NCBI GenBank assembly: GCA_034003985.1
Contig: JAVEXP010000002.1
Span: 80,789-144,788 of the forward strand
Length of the DNA stretch: 64,000 nucleotides
Direction: 5' to 3'
From: Patescibacteria group bacterium
GTDB lineage: Bacteria; Patescibacteriota; Patescibacteriia; Buchananbacterales; UBA6539
Positions 28,362-38,544 of this stretch are shown piece after piece. The translations under genes were made by a program, and so were the position numbers. The stretch's first letter is position 1, and the number at the start of each line of letters is the position of its first letter. The notes beneath the pieces are model-generated. The model had not been told where the DNA came from, made no database searches, and was given only the letters and a program-made list of their open reading frames with translations.

Positions 28362-28842
28362 AATAACTTGCCACAATCACGAGGGTATACTTCGTGATTT
28401 TGACTCAAGCGAGTTGACTTTTCGTCCCTCGGTTTATGGTATTTTGATTAAGGACAACAAAGTTTTACTTTCTAAACAATGGGATGGCTATGATTTTCCC
28501 GGCGGCGGAGTGAATATTGATGAAACTCTTGAGCAGACTTTAAAGCGGGAATTTTTTGAAGAAACCGGATTACAGGTTGAACCGGGAAAAATCGTTCACG
28601 CCCAAACCTCATTCTTTTTTACCCGTTCGGGCAAGCGGCCTTATAATGCGGTGGTGATTTATTTTTTGTGTCAACAAGTTGGCGGCAAGCTTTCAATTGA
28701 CAATCTTGATATTTATGAAAAAGGATATGTTGGTATGCCCGAATGGCTTGATATTGAGGATTTGGACAAATTTAAATATTATAATCCAGTTGATAGTCCG
28801 GCGTTGATTAGGGAAGCTTTAAAAATAAAAAATCAACAATGA
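28354..28842 (+). CDS. NUDIX hydrolase embedded in the glycosyltransferase operon
   Basis: FPGGGVNIDETLEQTLKREFFEETG; overlaps both neighbours. Confidence 0.88.
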   Translation: MVKITCHNHEGILRDFDSSELTFRPSVYGILIKDNKVLLSKQWDGYDFPGGGVNIDETLEQTLKREFFEETGLQVEPGKIVHAQTSFFFTRSGKRPYNAVVIYFLCQQVGGKLSIDNLDIYEKGYVGMPEWLDIEDLDKFKYYNPVDSPALIREALKIKNQQ

Positions 28843-29879
28843 AATTATTAATGATTACCAGAAAAGTTGATAAGAACGAACACCTGGCCGGGTTCATTTA
28901 TCATTGGGTTAAAAAATTGGGCCAGCAGGTTGATGAGTTGCGAGTGATTAGCTGGCAGGAAGGGGATAGTTCCGGCTTGTCTGATAATATTAAAGTGTTT
29001 CATTTGCCAGCCGCCGCCAATAAATTTTCTAAAATTTTAGCCTTTCAAAAAATACTGTGGGAAAATATCAGGGGGGTTGATGGGATTTTTTGTCATCAGA
29101 ATCCGGAATATACTTTATTGGCTGCTTTGTTGGCTAAAATTTTTGGTAAGCGGCTAGTGGTTTGGTATGCTCATGGTTCAGTTTCCTGGCGTTTAAAGTT
29201 AGCCGAGAAATTGGCTGATAAAATAATCAGCTCATCAATTGATAGTTTCCGGCTCAAATCTAAAAAGTTGGTTATTATTGGTCAGGGAATTGATACCGAA
29301 AAATTTGTCCCCGGCCCGAGTGAATCGGATTCACCAATTAAAAATCTATTGACTGTCGGGCGAATTTCACCGACTAAAGATTATGAAACTATGATTAAAG
29401 CCGTTGATATTTTGGTTAAAGATGGTTTTAAAAGCCTCTCTTTTTCAATCATCGGTGGTATTGGTTTGGCGCTTCATCAAGTCTACTTGGATAGTTTACA
29501 AGAAATGGTTCAGAAGATGGGCCTTGCCAGTCGGGTAAAATTTTTAGGGACCGTTCCTAACGATCAGCTTCCAGCTAAGTTGCAACAATGTGATATTTTT
29601 CTTAACCTCAGTAATACTGGCAGTCTGGATAAAGCCGTTTTGGAAGCGATGTCTTGCGGCTGTTTGGTTTTGACCAGCAATGAAGCCTTTAAACCAATAT
29701 TGAATTCTGAATTCTTAGTAGAACAAAATAATCCCAAGCAATTGGCTGAGAAAATCAAGTATTTAATTAAGCTGTCTCGGGATCAAAAAGATAATTTTGG
29801 CAATCAGTTGCGCCAAGAAGTGATTAATAGTCATAATTTGGATAATTTGGTTAAAAAAATAGTCGAACAATTTAACTGA
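28839..29879 (+). CDS. Glycosyltransferase family 4
   Basis: VGRISPTK; GSLDKAVLEAMSCG. Confidence 0.9.
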   Translation: MKLLMITRKVDKNEHLAGFIYHWVKKLGQQVDELRVISWQEGDSSGLSDNIKVFHLPAAANKFSKILAFQKILWENIRGVDGIFCHQNPEYTLLAALLAKIFGKRLVVWYAHGSVSWRLKLAEKLADKIISSSIDSFRLKSKKLVIIGQGIDTEKFVPGPSESDSPIKNLLTVGRISPTKDYETMIKAVDILVKDGFKSLSFSIIGGIGLALHQVYLDSLQEMVQKMGLASRVKFLGTVPNDQLPAKLQQCDIFLNLSNTGSLDKAVLEAMSCGCLVLTSNEAFKPILNSEFLVEQNNPKQLAEKIKYLIKLSRDQKDNFGNQLRQEVINSHNLDNLVKKIVEQFN

Positions 29880-29881
29880 TT

Positions 29882-30793
29882 ATGAATTTAAAAAATTTGA
29901 AGCTAGAATTTTTTCATATCCGTAAGGCCTTCTTGGTTTATGGCCACGGTTGGGCCTACCTTTATTATCGCTATATTGTTGCCCCAAAGATTTTTCGGCT
30001 TAAAACTCCTTTGGATCGGCCAATTAACTATTCTGATTTATCTGTTCATATTCTAACCTGCCACCGCGATTTATTGATGTTTATTTGGTCGCTGGCCAGT
30101 TTTTATCGTCATGGCGAAATGATTGGTCAGGTTGTTGTCCATAATGATGGTAGTCTGACGGCTGCCGATCAAAGATTAATTAAAAGATTATTTCCATCGG
30201 TAGCGATTTATCAGACTAGTGATTTTTTGAAAGATTATCAGTCTAATTTTAATAATTATCAGATATTAAATGATTTTCGTGCCAATTATAAAAAATTTTC
30301 TTTTAAAAAATTGATTGATCCTTACTTTGTCTCAACTAAGAGTTTTCGGTTGGTGATTGATTCTGATCTTTTCTGGTTTGGACCACCTATCATCATCAAG
30401 CAGGCGCTTGACAGTAGTGATGATAAATCATTGATGCAGCAAAATAATATTCCTATTTATGTCAGTTTTAAAGATGGTTCAAGAGTCGCCGACTATTTAG
30501 CCCAGGCAAATTCCGGGATTGTTTTTTATCGCCAGGAAAGTTTTGACCTTGAAAAATTAGCGGAGTTTTTGACTAAGTTAGACACCAAAGTTGAAAAGAA
30601 TTTGTATTTTGCCGATCAACTTGGGTATGCTTATAGTTTAAAAAATTTGTCTTTTTTACCCCCAGAAATCTATCCCATCAAGTCGCCTTGGACTAATGAA
30701 ATATCAATTAAACATTATACCGGGCCGCGCCGTTCACTTTTTTATGTTGAAGGTGTAAAACGCTTGGCTAAAGAGATTCTCAATATTAAATAA
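29882..30793 (+). CDS. Putative GT-A fold glycosyltransferase (GT8-like)
   Basis: IDSD (DxD), NSG, DQ and HY motifs in GT8-like order. Confidence 0.6.
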   Translation: MNLKNLKLEFFHIRKAFLVYGHGWAYLYYRYIVAPKIFRLKTPLDRPINYSDLSVHILTCHRDLLMFIWSLASFYRHGEMIGQVVVHNDGSLTAADQRLIKRLFPSVAIYQTSDFLKDYQSNFNNYQILNDFRANYKKFSFKKLIDPYFVSTKSFRLVIDSDLFWFGPPIIIKQALDSSDDKSLMQQNNIPIYVSFKDGSRVADYLAQANSGIVFYRQESFDLEKLAEFLTKLDTKVEKNLYFADQLGYAYSLKNLSFLPPEIYPIKSPWTNEISIKHYTGPRRSLFYVEGVKRLAKEILNIK

Positions 30794-30795
30794 TT

Positions 30796-31935
30796 ATGAA
30801 AAGAATTTACTATATTGCCAATATTAGAATCCCGACCGAAAAAGCCCATGGGCTTCAAATTACCAAGACCTGTGAAGCCTTGGGTAATAGTGGCGTTCAA
30901 GTTAAGCTGGTAGTACCGACGAGAAAAAATTATGAATTGGCCAAAGAAGATCCTTACGATTTTTATAATGTTAGTTCATCTTTTAAGATTAAAAAGATTT
31001 TTTCGCTTGATCCTAGATTTTTATTGGCCGCGCCGGCCGGGATTTATATTAAAGTTCAATCCCTGCTATTTATTATTAGTCTTATCCCTTACTTATTATT
31101 TAATCGTCAAAAATTTGATGTTCTTTATACCCGAGATGAAATTTTGTTGCCGGTCTTACAGCTGTTTTCCAAATCGGTAATTTGGGAAGCTCATAATCTT
31201 TCGTCTCATCGGACAAATTATGTTCGTTATTGGCATAAGTGCCATAAGATATTTGCCATTACTTCAAAACTCAAAATCGAGCTGGTCAAGCTGGGGGTTG
31301 GGGAGGATAAAATTGAAATTTTACCCGATGCGGTTGATTTGGATGTTTTTGAAAAAGTTACCCAATCTCCCGTTCAACTCCGTCAAGAGTTTAAGTTACC
31401 GGTGGATAAAAATATCATTGTTTATACTGGTCATCTTTATGATTGGAAGGGCACCCAGGTTTTGGCTGATGCCGCTAATGAACTTTCGGATAATGAGGTG
31501 GTGGTTTTTATCGGTGGCACCCAGCAAGACATTGAACGCTTTAAAGAAAAAAACAATCAGCAAAAAAATATTTTAATTTTAGGCCAACAACTGCACAAGA
31601 AAATCCCGGCTTATCTTAAGGCCGCTGATGTTTTGGTATTACCCAATTCGGCCAATCGCGAGATATCGGTGAATTATACTTCCCCAATGAAGATGTTTGA
31701 ATATATGGCAGCCAAAAAGCCGATTGTTGCCTCAGACCTGCCTTCAATCAGGGAAGTCTTGAATAATGAGAATGCCTGCTTGGTTTTACCGGATTCACCC
31801 GGCAAATTAGCCCAAGGCATTAGAAAAGTTTTGACTGATAAAGATTATGCATCCAAAATTGCCACCCAATCTTTCAGTGATTCTCAGCAGTATAGTTGGC
31901 TTAATAGAGCCAAAAAAATTATAAGTTTAATCTAA
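30796..31935 (+). CDS. Glycosyltransferase family 4
   Basis: PTEKAHG; YTSPMKMFEYMAAKKPIVASDLP. Confidence 0.92.
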   Translation: MKRIYYIANIRIPTEKAHGLQITKTCEALGNSGVQVKLVVPTRKNYELAKEDPYDFYNVSSSFKIKKIFSLDPRFLLAAPAGIYIKVQSLLFIISLIPYLLFNRQKFDVLYTRDEILLPVLQLFSKSVIWEAHNLSSHRTNYVRYWHKCHKIFAITSKLKIELVKLGVGEDKIEILPDAVDLDVFEKVTQSPVQLRQEFKLPVDKNIIVYTGHLYDWKGTQVLADAANELSDNEVVVFIGGTQQDIERFKEKNNQQKNILILGQQLHKKIPAYLKAADVLVLPNSANREISVNYTSPMKMFEYMAAKKPIVASDLPSIREVLNNENACLVLPDSPGKLAQGIRKVLTDKDYASKIATQSFSDSQQYSWLNRAKKIISLI

Positions 31936-31936
31936 G

Positions 31937-31976
31937 TTGACACCATTTGACACTTATTGACACCTAGTTATATAAT
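31937..31976 (+). promoter_or_regulatory. Three TTGACAC direct repeats (10-bp period) overlapping a consensus promoter
   Basis: TTGACAC at 31937, 31947 and 31957; TTGACA(31947)-18-TATAAT(31971-31976); ATG 7 nt downstream. Confidence 0.8.
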
Positions 31977-31983
31977 TAATTAT

Positions 31984-32232
31984 ATGACTGAAGAAATAAA
32001 ACCCAATGCCATTTATACCACGGACGAGACGCAGAAATTTTTGAAAGTTAGTAACAGCACGATTAAGCGTTTGTTGAAAAAGGGACTAATCAGAGCCAAT
32101 AAGGTCGGCGGGCAATACCGGATTTTAGGCAAGGAAATTCTGAGATTAGTATCGCCGGAGTTGGAAGCCAAGGCCACACAGTCCTATTTGGGTGTCAAAA
32201 AGAAAGTCGTTGATAAAATAAATAAATGGTAA
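31984..32232 (+). CDS. Excisionase/BldC-like winged HTH (HTH_17) protein
   Basis: YTTDETQKFLKVSNSTIKRLLKKGLIRANKVGGQYRI; ATG at 31984. Confidence 0.88.
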   Translation: MTEEIKPNAIYTTDETQKFLKVSNSTIKRLLKKGLIRANKVGGQYRILGKEILRLVSPELEAKATQSYLGVKKKVVDKINKW

Positions 32233-32235
32233 ATT

Positions 32236-34029
32236 ATGCCGTCTGATTATCTAGCCAAAGTATCCGGAGTCTTTCGGTTGTCGGTTAAAGCATTTAGTGA
32301 ATATAAATTCCAAATGCTTATTTTGGTCGGCTTGAGCTTGGTTGGTGGGTTGCTTGAAGGTATTGGTATTACGGCGGTAATTCCATTGTTGTCTTTGGTG
32401 GTGGAAAGCGCTCAGACTGAGCAAAACGCGATTATGGTGGTAATTCAGAATCTGTTTGCTTTCTTTAACTTGTCATTTTCAATTAAGTCTTTGTTGGTCT
32501 TTATTGGCATTCTATTTTTTGTCAAAGCTTTAATTATGATTCTTTTGGAGTATATTAAGATAATCATTACCACTAATTATGAAACTAAAACCCGATTATC
32601 GTTATTCCAGGAGATTTTGCGTTCCGATTGGCTGCATCTGATAAAACAAAAGTTGGGATATTTGGACACTATTTTGTTGATTGACATTCCTTCCAGCGCC
32701 ATTTTACTGCGCGAAATTGGCACCGCCATCATGATCAGTACCAGTTTGCTGGTTTACATTGTCATTGCTCTTAATATTTCTTTTGGGGTAACAATGGTGA
32801 CCATTGGGCTGGGTGGCTTGATTTTTGTCACTATGCGGCCGTTGTTGTTTCAGGTTAAGCGCTACTCCCATAAAGTTACCAACATCAATAAAGAAGTCGC
32901 TCATCATGTCAACGAAAATATTTTTGGAATCAAAAGCATCAAAGCAACCAATGTCACCGATAAGGTGATTAACGAAGGTAAAATTTTATTTGATAAATTA
33001 AAGCGCGGCCGGATTAACATCGTGATTTTCAAGAGTTTAACCAGTTCGTTCATTCAGCCGATTAGCATCGTTTTTGTCAGCATCGTTTTTGTGGCAATGT
33101 ATAAATCGCCGGATTTCAATTTTGCCGTGCTGGTGGCGGTGATGTACCTAATTGATCGAATTTTTATTTATATCCAAAAAATGGAACGCAGTCTTAACAC
33201 CATCACTGAGCATGTTCCTTATTTGAAAAGTGTTGTTGATTATCAAGAAAATTCTCAATTGAATCAAGAAATTGACGCCGGCCAAGCCGATTTTAAATTT
33301 GAACATCAGATCAAATTTGACAATATAAATTTTGGTTACCAAAAAAATCAAGAAGTTTTGCGTGGTTTGAACTTAGTGGTTTCCAAAGGCCAAACTGTTG
33401 GCTTGATTGGTCCGTCTGGTTCCGGCAAGACAACAATAATTGATTTGACTTTGAAATTGATAAATCCCGAGTCCGGTAGAATTTTATTGGATGACACCGA
33501 CATTAAGGATATCAAGATGTCGCAATGGCGTGATAATATTGGCTATGTCTCGCAGGATATATTTTTGATCAATGATACAATTGCCAATAACATTAAGTTT
33601 TATCGGCCCGATATTTCTAGGGAAAAATTGGAACAAGCCGCTAAAATGGCCAATATTCATGACTTTATTATTGGTTCGCCCGACGGTTATCAAACCTTTG
33701 TTGGTGATCGCGGAGTTATGCTTTCGGCCGGTCAGCGCCAGCGGATTGTCATTGCTCGGGTGTTGGCTACTAATCCCCAGATTTTAATTCTAGATGAAGC
33801 TACTAGCGCTTTAGATAGTGAATCGGAAATGAGAATCCAGGATGTCATTGAATCTTTGCACCAGAAAATAACGGTTATTATTATTGCTCATCGTCTCTCA
33901 ACTATTAAGAATGTTGATCAATTGTTTGTTTTGGCGGAAGGAAAAATTGTTGAGTCTGGTCCGCCCGAGGAGTTATTAAAAAATAAAGACACCTATTTTT
34001 ATAAAATGTCTAATATTAGTAAGGAATAG
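32236..34029 (+). CDS. ABC exporter (TMD+NBD; PglK/MsbA-like putative lipid-linked glycan flippase)
   Basis: TM domain, GPSGSGKTT, LSAGQRQR, ILDEATSALD, IAHRLST; glycan-locus context. Confidence 0.88.
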   Translation: MPSDYLAKVSGVFRLSVKAFSEYKFQMLILVGLSLVGGLLEGIGITAVIPLLSLVVESAQTEQNAIMVVIQNLFAFFNLSFSIKSLLVFIGILFFVKALIMILLEYIKIIITTNYETKTRLSLFQEILRSDWLHLIKQKLGYLDTILLIDIPSSAILLREIGTAIMISTSLLVYIVIALNISFGVTMVTIGLGGLIFVTMRPLLFQVKRYSHKVTNINKEVAHHVNENIFGIKSIKATNVTDKVINEGKILFDKLKRGRINIVIFKSLTSSFIQPISIVFVSIVFVAMYKSPDFNFAVLVAVMYLIDRIFIYIQKMERSLNTITEHVPYLKSVVDYQENSQLNQEIDAGQADFKFEHQIKFDNINFGYQKNQEVLRGLNLVVSKGQTVGLIGPSGSGKTTIIDLTLKLINPESGRILLDDTDIKDIKMSQWRDNIGYVSQDIFLINDTIANNIKFYRPDISREKLEQAAKMANIHDFIIGSPDGYQTFVGDRGVMLSAGQRQRIVIARVLATNPQILILDEATSALDSESEMRIQDVIESLHQKITVIIIAHRLSTIKNVDQLFVLAEGKIVESGPPEELLKNKDTYFYKMSNISKE

Positions 34030-34033
34030 CAAT

Positions 34034-35032
34034 ATGTTCAAAGATCAAACAATTTTAATCACGGGCGGGACTGGCTCGCTGGGAAAAAAATTAGTTAAGT
34101 ACTTTCTGTTTCAAACCCAGGCCAAAAAAATTATTGTCTTCAGCCGTGACGAACTCAAACAAAGTCAAATGCAAAAGATTTTGTTGCCCCATGATGCCGA
34201 CGACCGGTTGCGGTTTTTTATCGGTGATGTCCGTGATCTCCAGCGGTTGAGGCGGGCATTGCATGGGGTTGATATAGTTATTCATACCGCCGCTTTAAAG
34301 CAGGTTCCAGCTTTGGAGTATAATCCGATCGAGGCAATTAAAACCAATATTTACGGTTCACAGAATGTTGTTGAAGCTTCAATTGACGAAGGTGTTAAAA
34401 AGGTTTTATTGATTTCCACCGACAAAGCCGCGCAGCCGATTAATTTATATGGTGCCACCAAGCTGGCCGCCGAAAAATTATTTATCGCCGCTAATTCTTA
34501 CGGTGCCGGTAAAACCATTTTTAGTGCCGTCAGATACGGCAATGTGATTGGCAGTCGCGGCAGTATTGTTGATTTGTTACTAAACAGTCCCGAAGCCGAT
34601 AAAATCGGCATCACCCATCCGGAGATGACTCGCTTTTGGATTACCTTGGATCAAGCAGTTCAGCTGGTAGTTTTTGCTTTGGAAAATATGGAGGGTGGTG
34701 AAATTTTTATTCCAAAGATTCCCAGTATGAAATTAATTGATTTGTTCGAGGCGATTACCCCGGGGGTTAATCGTGCCGTAAGTGGCATTCGCCCCGGTGA
34801 AAAGATTCATGAAGATTTGGTGAACGAACACGAATCAGCTTGCGGTTATGAATTGGAAAATAATTATGTAATTTTACCCCAATTTATATTTTTTGCTGAA
34901 GGAGTTTATGACAAATATAAAAAAGACGGCAAAAAACTTACTGAGGGCTTCAGTTATAAGAGTAATCAAAATGACAAATGGCTGAATAAGGATGAAATTG
35001 CCAAAATTGTTAAAGAATTAACCATTGGATAA
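34034..35032 (+). CDS. pseB: UDP-GlcNAc 4,6-dehydratase (inverting)
   Basis: GGTGSLG, FSRDELKQ, AALKQVPALEYNP, STDKA, YGATKL, RYGNVIGSRGS, MTRFWI, GIRPGEKIHE. Confidence 0.92.
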   Translation: MFKDQTILITGGTGSLGKKLVKYFLFQTQAKKIIVFSRDELKQSQMQKILLPHDADDRLRFFIGDVRDLQRLRRALHGVDIVIHTAALKQVPALEYNPIEAIKTNIYGSQNVVEASIDEGVKKVLLISTDKAAQPINLYGATKLAAEKLFIAANSYGAGKTIFSAVRYGNVIGSRGSIVDLLLNSPEADKIGITHPEMTRFWITLDQAVQLVVFALENMEGGEIFIPKIPSMKLIDLFEAITPGVNRAVSGIRPGEKIHEDLVNEHESACGYELENNYVILPQFIFFAEGVYDKYKKDGKKLTEGFSYKSNQNDKWLNKDEIAKIVKELTIG

Positions 35033-35033
35033 A

Positions 35034-36143
35034 ATGATTCCTTACGGCAAACAATCAATCAGGGATGACGATATTAACTCAGTCGTCAAGGTGTTAAAAT
35101 CTGATTTTTTGACTACCGGTCCTAAAGTTTCAGAATTTGAAAATAGTCTGGTAAAATATTGTGGCGTCAAATATGTAGTAGCGGTTTGTAACGGTACAGC
35201 TGCTTTACATTTAGCCTATTTGGCCGCTGGCCTTAAAACCGGTGATGAAGTTATTGTTAGTCCCAATACTTTTGTGGCGACTACTAATATGATTTTGGCA
35301 GTTGGGGCTAAACCGGTGTTCTGCGATATTAGATTAGATACCTATAATATTGATGAAACTAAGATTACTAAGTTATTGACCAAGAAAACCAAGGCAATCG
35401 TAGCCGTCGATTTTGCCGGTCAACCCGCGGAATATCAGAAAATTAAAAATATTTGTAAAAAATATAAATTATTGTTGATTGAAGACGCGGCTCATTCACT
35501 GGGTGCCGATTACCACGGCCGGAAGGCCGGTAATTTGGGGGATGTGGCGACGATGAGTTTCCATCCGGTCAAGAGTATTACTACCGGTGAGGGCGGTGTG
35601 GTATTAACCAATAATAAAGATATCTGGGAGAGGCTGATTAAATTTAGGAATCACGGAACCACTAAAGATCGTCGGGGTTTTAATGTAATGACTGATTTTG
35701 GTTATAATTATCGTTTGACCGACATTCAAGCCGCATTAGGAATTAATCAATTATCGAGATTGAATAAGTTTGTCAACACTCGTCGGAAATTGGCTAATCG
35801 CTATATTAATCAGCTGAAATCTGTTTCACAAATAATTTTACCGCTTGAACAAAAAGATCTTCATTCCAGTTGGCATTTATTCGTCATTAGGACTAAAAAA
35901 GCTTACGATCGGTTGCCGCTGTATAATTTTTTGAAAACCAAGGGGATTGGTGTTAATTTTCATTATCCGACAGTTTACTCCCAGCCATTTTATCGCCGTA
36001 ATGGTTATGCCAAAACCAAATTGAAAAATGCTGACATTTATGCTTCGCAAGCCATTACCATTCCTTTGTTTCCCGCGCTAAACTTAGAACAGCAGGATTA
36101 TGTAGTTAATTCCATTAAAGAATATTATAAGATGTCGTCATGA
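35034..36143 (+). CDS. pseC: UDP-4-keto-6-deoxy-AltNAc aminotransferase (DegT family)
   Basis: MIPYGKQSI..DDI, LTTGPKV, SFHPVKSITTGEGG, GYNYRLTDIQAALG. Confidence 0.9.
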   Translation: MIPYGKQSIRDDDINSVVKVLKSDFLTTGPKVSEFENSLVKYCGVKYVVAVCNGTAALHLAYLAAGLKTGDEVIVSPNTFVATTNMILAVGAKPVFCDIRLDTYNIDETKITKLLTKKTKAIVAVDFAGQPAEYQKIKNICKKYKLLLIEDAAHSLGADYHGRKAGNLGDVATMSFHPVKSITTGEGGVVLTNNKDIWERLIKFRNHGTTKDRRGFNVMTDFGYNYRLTDIQAALGINQLSRLNKFVNTRRKLANRYINQLKSVSQIILPLEQKDLHSSWHLFVIRTKKAYDRLPLYNFLKTKGIGVNFHYPTVYSQPFYRRNGYAKTKLKNADIYASQAITIPLFPALNLEQQDYVVNSIKEYYKMSS

Positions 36144-36832
36144 AATCAATTGCTATTATTCCGGCCCGTGGTGGCAGCAAAAGGATACCTAATAAAAATA
36201 TTAAGGATTTTCTTGGTTATCCAATCATTAAATATGTCATTGAAACCGCTATTGATTCTAAATGTTTTGATGAAGTGATTGTTTCGACTGATAGTAAGAA
36301 AATAGCCAGCCTTGCCGAAAAATTCGGGGCTTCAGTCCCTTTTCTCAGATCACCCAAAAGTTCTAATGATCATGCCACTACGGCCGATGTTATCAGTGAA
36401 GTTATCGAAAATTATCGTAAGCGGAATAATAATTTTGATTTCTTCTGTTGCCTTTATCCCACCTCCATATTTGTGACTAGCCAACTATTAAATTCTGCTT
36501 TTGACCAGCTAAAAGGCGACGGTTTAGACGGCGTTATATCGGTTATGAAATATCGGCATCCTATTGAGCGGGCATTCAAGATTGATGATGGCAATTTATC
36601 GATGTTGTATCCGGAAAATGTTTTTGGTCGTACCCAGGATTTTGTCCCTAAATATCATGATGCTGGTCAATTCTACTTTATGAAAACGGATGCTTTTTTG
36701 CGGGAAAAGAAAATATTTACCTCTAATATTAGAGGTTTTGTATTGCCTTTCAGGTATGTCCAGGATATTGATACGGAAGAGGATTGGTATTTGGCCGAGC
36801 TGAAATATAATATTTTAAAAAATCAAAATTAA
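36140..36832 (+). CDS. pseF: CMP-pseudaminic acid synthetase (cytidylyltransferase)
   Basis: IIPARGGSKRIPNKNIK, RTQD, YHDAGQFY, QDIDTEEDW. Confidence 0.88.
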   Translation: MKSIAIIPARGGSKRIPNKNIKDFLGYPIIKYVIETAIDSKCFDEVIVSTDSKKIASLAEKFGASVPFLRSPKSSNDHATTADVISEVIENYRKRNNNFDFFCCLYPTSIFVTSQLLNSAFDQLKGDGLDGVISVMKYRHPIERAFKIDDGNLSMLYPENVFGRTQDFVPKYHDAGQFYFMKTDAFLREKKIFTSNIRGFVLPFRYVQDIDTEEDWYLAELKYNILKNQN

Positions 36833-36869
36833 TTATTTACAACATCAATAGGCCTCAATTTTTAAGAAT

Positions 36870-37796
36870 ATGAATAATAAAATCAGGATTTTGATAATTG
36901 GCTTTGGATCAATCGGTAAGAGACATTATCGAAATTTATTTCAGGCCGGATATCAAGATATTGATTTTTATGATCCCAAGGTTATTAAATACGAAAATCG
37001 CATTAGTTTGCCGGAGGTCTCTAAAAAAATATTGGCAAACTATGGTGTCGTATTTATTTGTACGCCAGATAATCTTCACATTAAATATGCTTTGATGGCC
37101 GCTCAAGCTGGCTGTCATTTATTCATTGAAAAACCACTCTCGGACAGTTTAAAAAATGTTAAAAAACTCCGAAGTATTATTAAGCAAAAAAAGTTGATAT
37201 CGTTTGTAGCTTGTAATATGAGGTTTCATCCTTGCTTAATCAAGATGAAAGAGATGGTTAATCGCGGTAGCTTGGGAAAAATTTACAGCATTCGGAACGA
37301 ATTCGGCCACTATTTGCCAGCTTGGCGGCCTGGTGAGGATTATCAGTCTATCTATAAGAGCGGCATCATTTTAAATGACATGCATGAGTTTGATTTGCTT
37401 TTCTGGTTGAATAATTTTAAGTCGGTAAAATCAAAAACCAGAATATCTGGCAATGTCAGTAATTTGCGGGGAGTAGGTGAAGATCAGGCCGTTGTCAGTT
37501 TTGAATTTAATAATAAAGTTTTTGGAACGGTCCATTGTGATTATTTACAAAAGAAATATAGTCGATCTTGTAAAATTGTTGGCGAAAAGGGTAATTTAAA
37601 TTGGAATTTTGATGATAACATCGTTTGGCTGGAGAATGAAAAAGGCCGGAAGATGATGGCTCATTACAAGAGTTATAAAATTAATGAAAGCTATTTAAGA
37701 GAAATAAAGTATTTTATGGGTTGTGTTATTAATAACACCAAAACTTCCAATGATGTTATCAGGGCTACTGCAATATTAGAACATGTTTATGAATAA
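36870..37796 (+). CDS. Gfo/Idh/MocA-family NAD-dependent oxidoreductase
   Basis: IGFGSIGKRH, FIEKP, YLPAWRP..DY, HEFD. Confidence 0.88.
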   Translation: MNNKIRILIIGFGSIGKRHYRNLFQAGYQDIDFYDPKVIKYENRISLPEVSKKILANYGVVFICTPDNLHIKYALMAAQAGCHLFIEKPLSDSLKNVKKLRSIIKQKKLISFVACNMRFHPCLIKMKEMVNRGSLGKIYSIRNEFGHYLPAWRPGEDYQSIYKSGIILNDMHEFDLLFWLNNFKSVKSKTRISGNVSNLRGVGEDQAVVSFEFNNKVFGTVHCDYLQKKYSRSCKIVGEKGNLNWNFDDNIVWLENEKGRKMMAHYKSYKINESYLREIKYFMGCVINNTKTSNDVIRATAILEHVYE

Positions 37797-38535
37797 TCTT
37801 TGTATTATCCAAGCTCGAATGGGTTCCAGCCGTTTACCGGGCAAAATGTTGATGAGGTTGGGAGAATTTACGGTTATTGAATATCTCTTGAAGAGATTGG
37901 TTCGCAGTAAAAAAATTGATAAGATTGTTGTCGCAACCACTGATCAAAAAACCGATGACTCATTGGTTGACCTTCTTCAAAAGAATAAAGTTGAATTTTT
38001 TCGGGGTTCGGAAAATGATGTCCTTGATCGCTATTACCAATCTGCCTTGGGTTTTCCTGAATTTGATACGATTATTCGAATTACCGGCGATTGTCCATTA
38101 ATGGATCCTGAAATTGTTGATCAGGTGATAAGTTTTTTTGAAAATGGTGATTATGATTATGTTAATAATGTTGATCCCGAGCCCACATTTCCCGATGGCA
38201 TGGATGTTGAGGTATTTTCCAGAAATGCGCTTATTCAAGCGGCAGTAAACGCCACCAAAAAATCAGACCGCGAACATGTTACGCTTTATATTAGGAACAA
38301 TGAGTTATTTAAAAAAGGTTTTGTGTCTTCAGATATTGATTACTCGGGCTATCGTTTAACTCTTGATGAACCGCTTGATCTGGAAGTGATCAGGCATTTA
38401 GTTAATAATCTACCGCCAGACTCTAATTTTAAAGATTACCTTGAATTTTTAGACGCTAATCCGGAATACCAAAAAAACAATATTATCAGGCGCAATGAGG
38501 GTCTGGAAATATCATTAAAGAATGACCTAATCTAA
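37789..38535 (+). CDS. SpsF-like cytidylyltransferase-family protein
   Basis: IIQARMGSSRLPGK, RGSENDVLDRY, RITGDCP, FPDGMDVE, REHVT, RLTLDEPLD. Confidence 0.88.
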   Translation: MNNLCIIQARMGSSRLPGKMLMRLGEFTVIEYLLKRLVRSKKIDKIVVATTDQKTDDSLVDLLQKNKVEFFRGSENDVLDRYYQSALGFPEFDTIIRITGDCPLMDPEIVDQVISFFENGDYDYVNNVDPEPTFPDGMDVEVFSRNALIQAAVNATKKSDREHVTLYIRNNELFKKGFVSSDIDYSGYRLTLDEPLDLEVIRHLVNNLPPDSNFKDYLEFLDANPEYQKNNIIRRNEGLEISLKNDLI

Positions 38536-38544
38536 AATTAAAAT

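Noticed and set aside
11510-32232. Two excisionase-like genes as evidence of a prophage or ICE
   Set aside because: No integrase, att repeats, phage or conjugation genes in the window; they look like stand-alone regulators.
33064-33092. Direct repeat AGCATCGTTTTTGT x2 in the ABC transporter
   Set aside because: Short in-frame duplication (SIVFV twice) within a TM helix; no sign of function.
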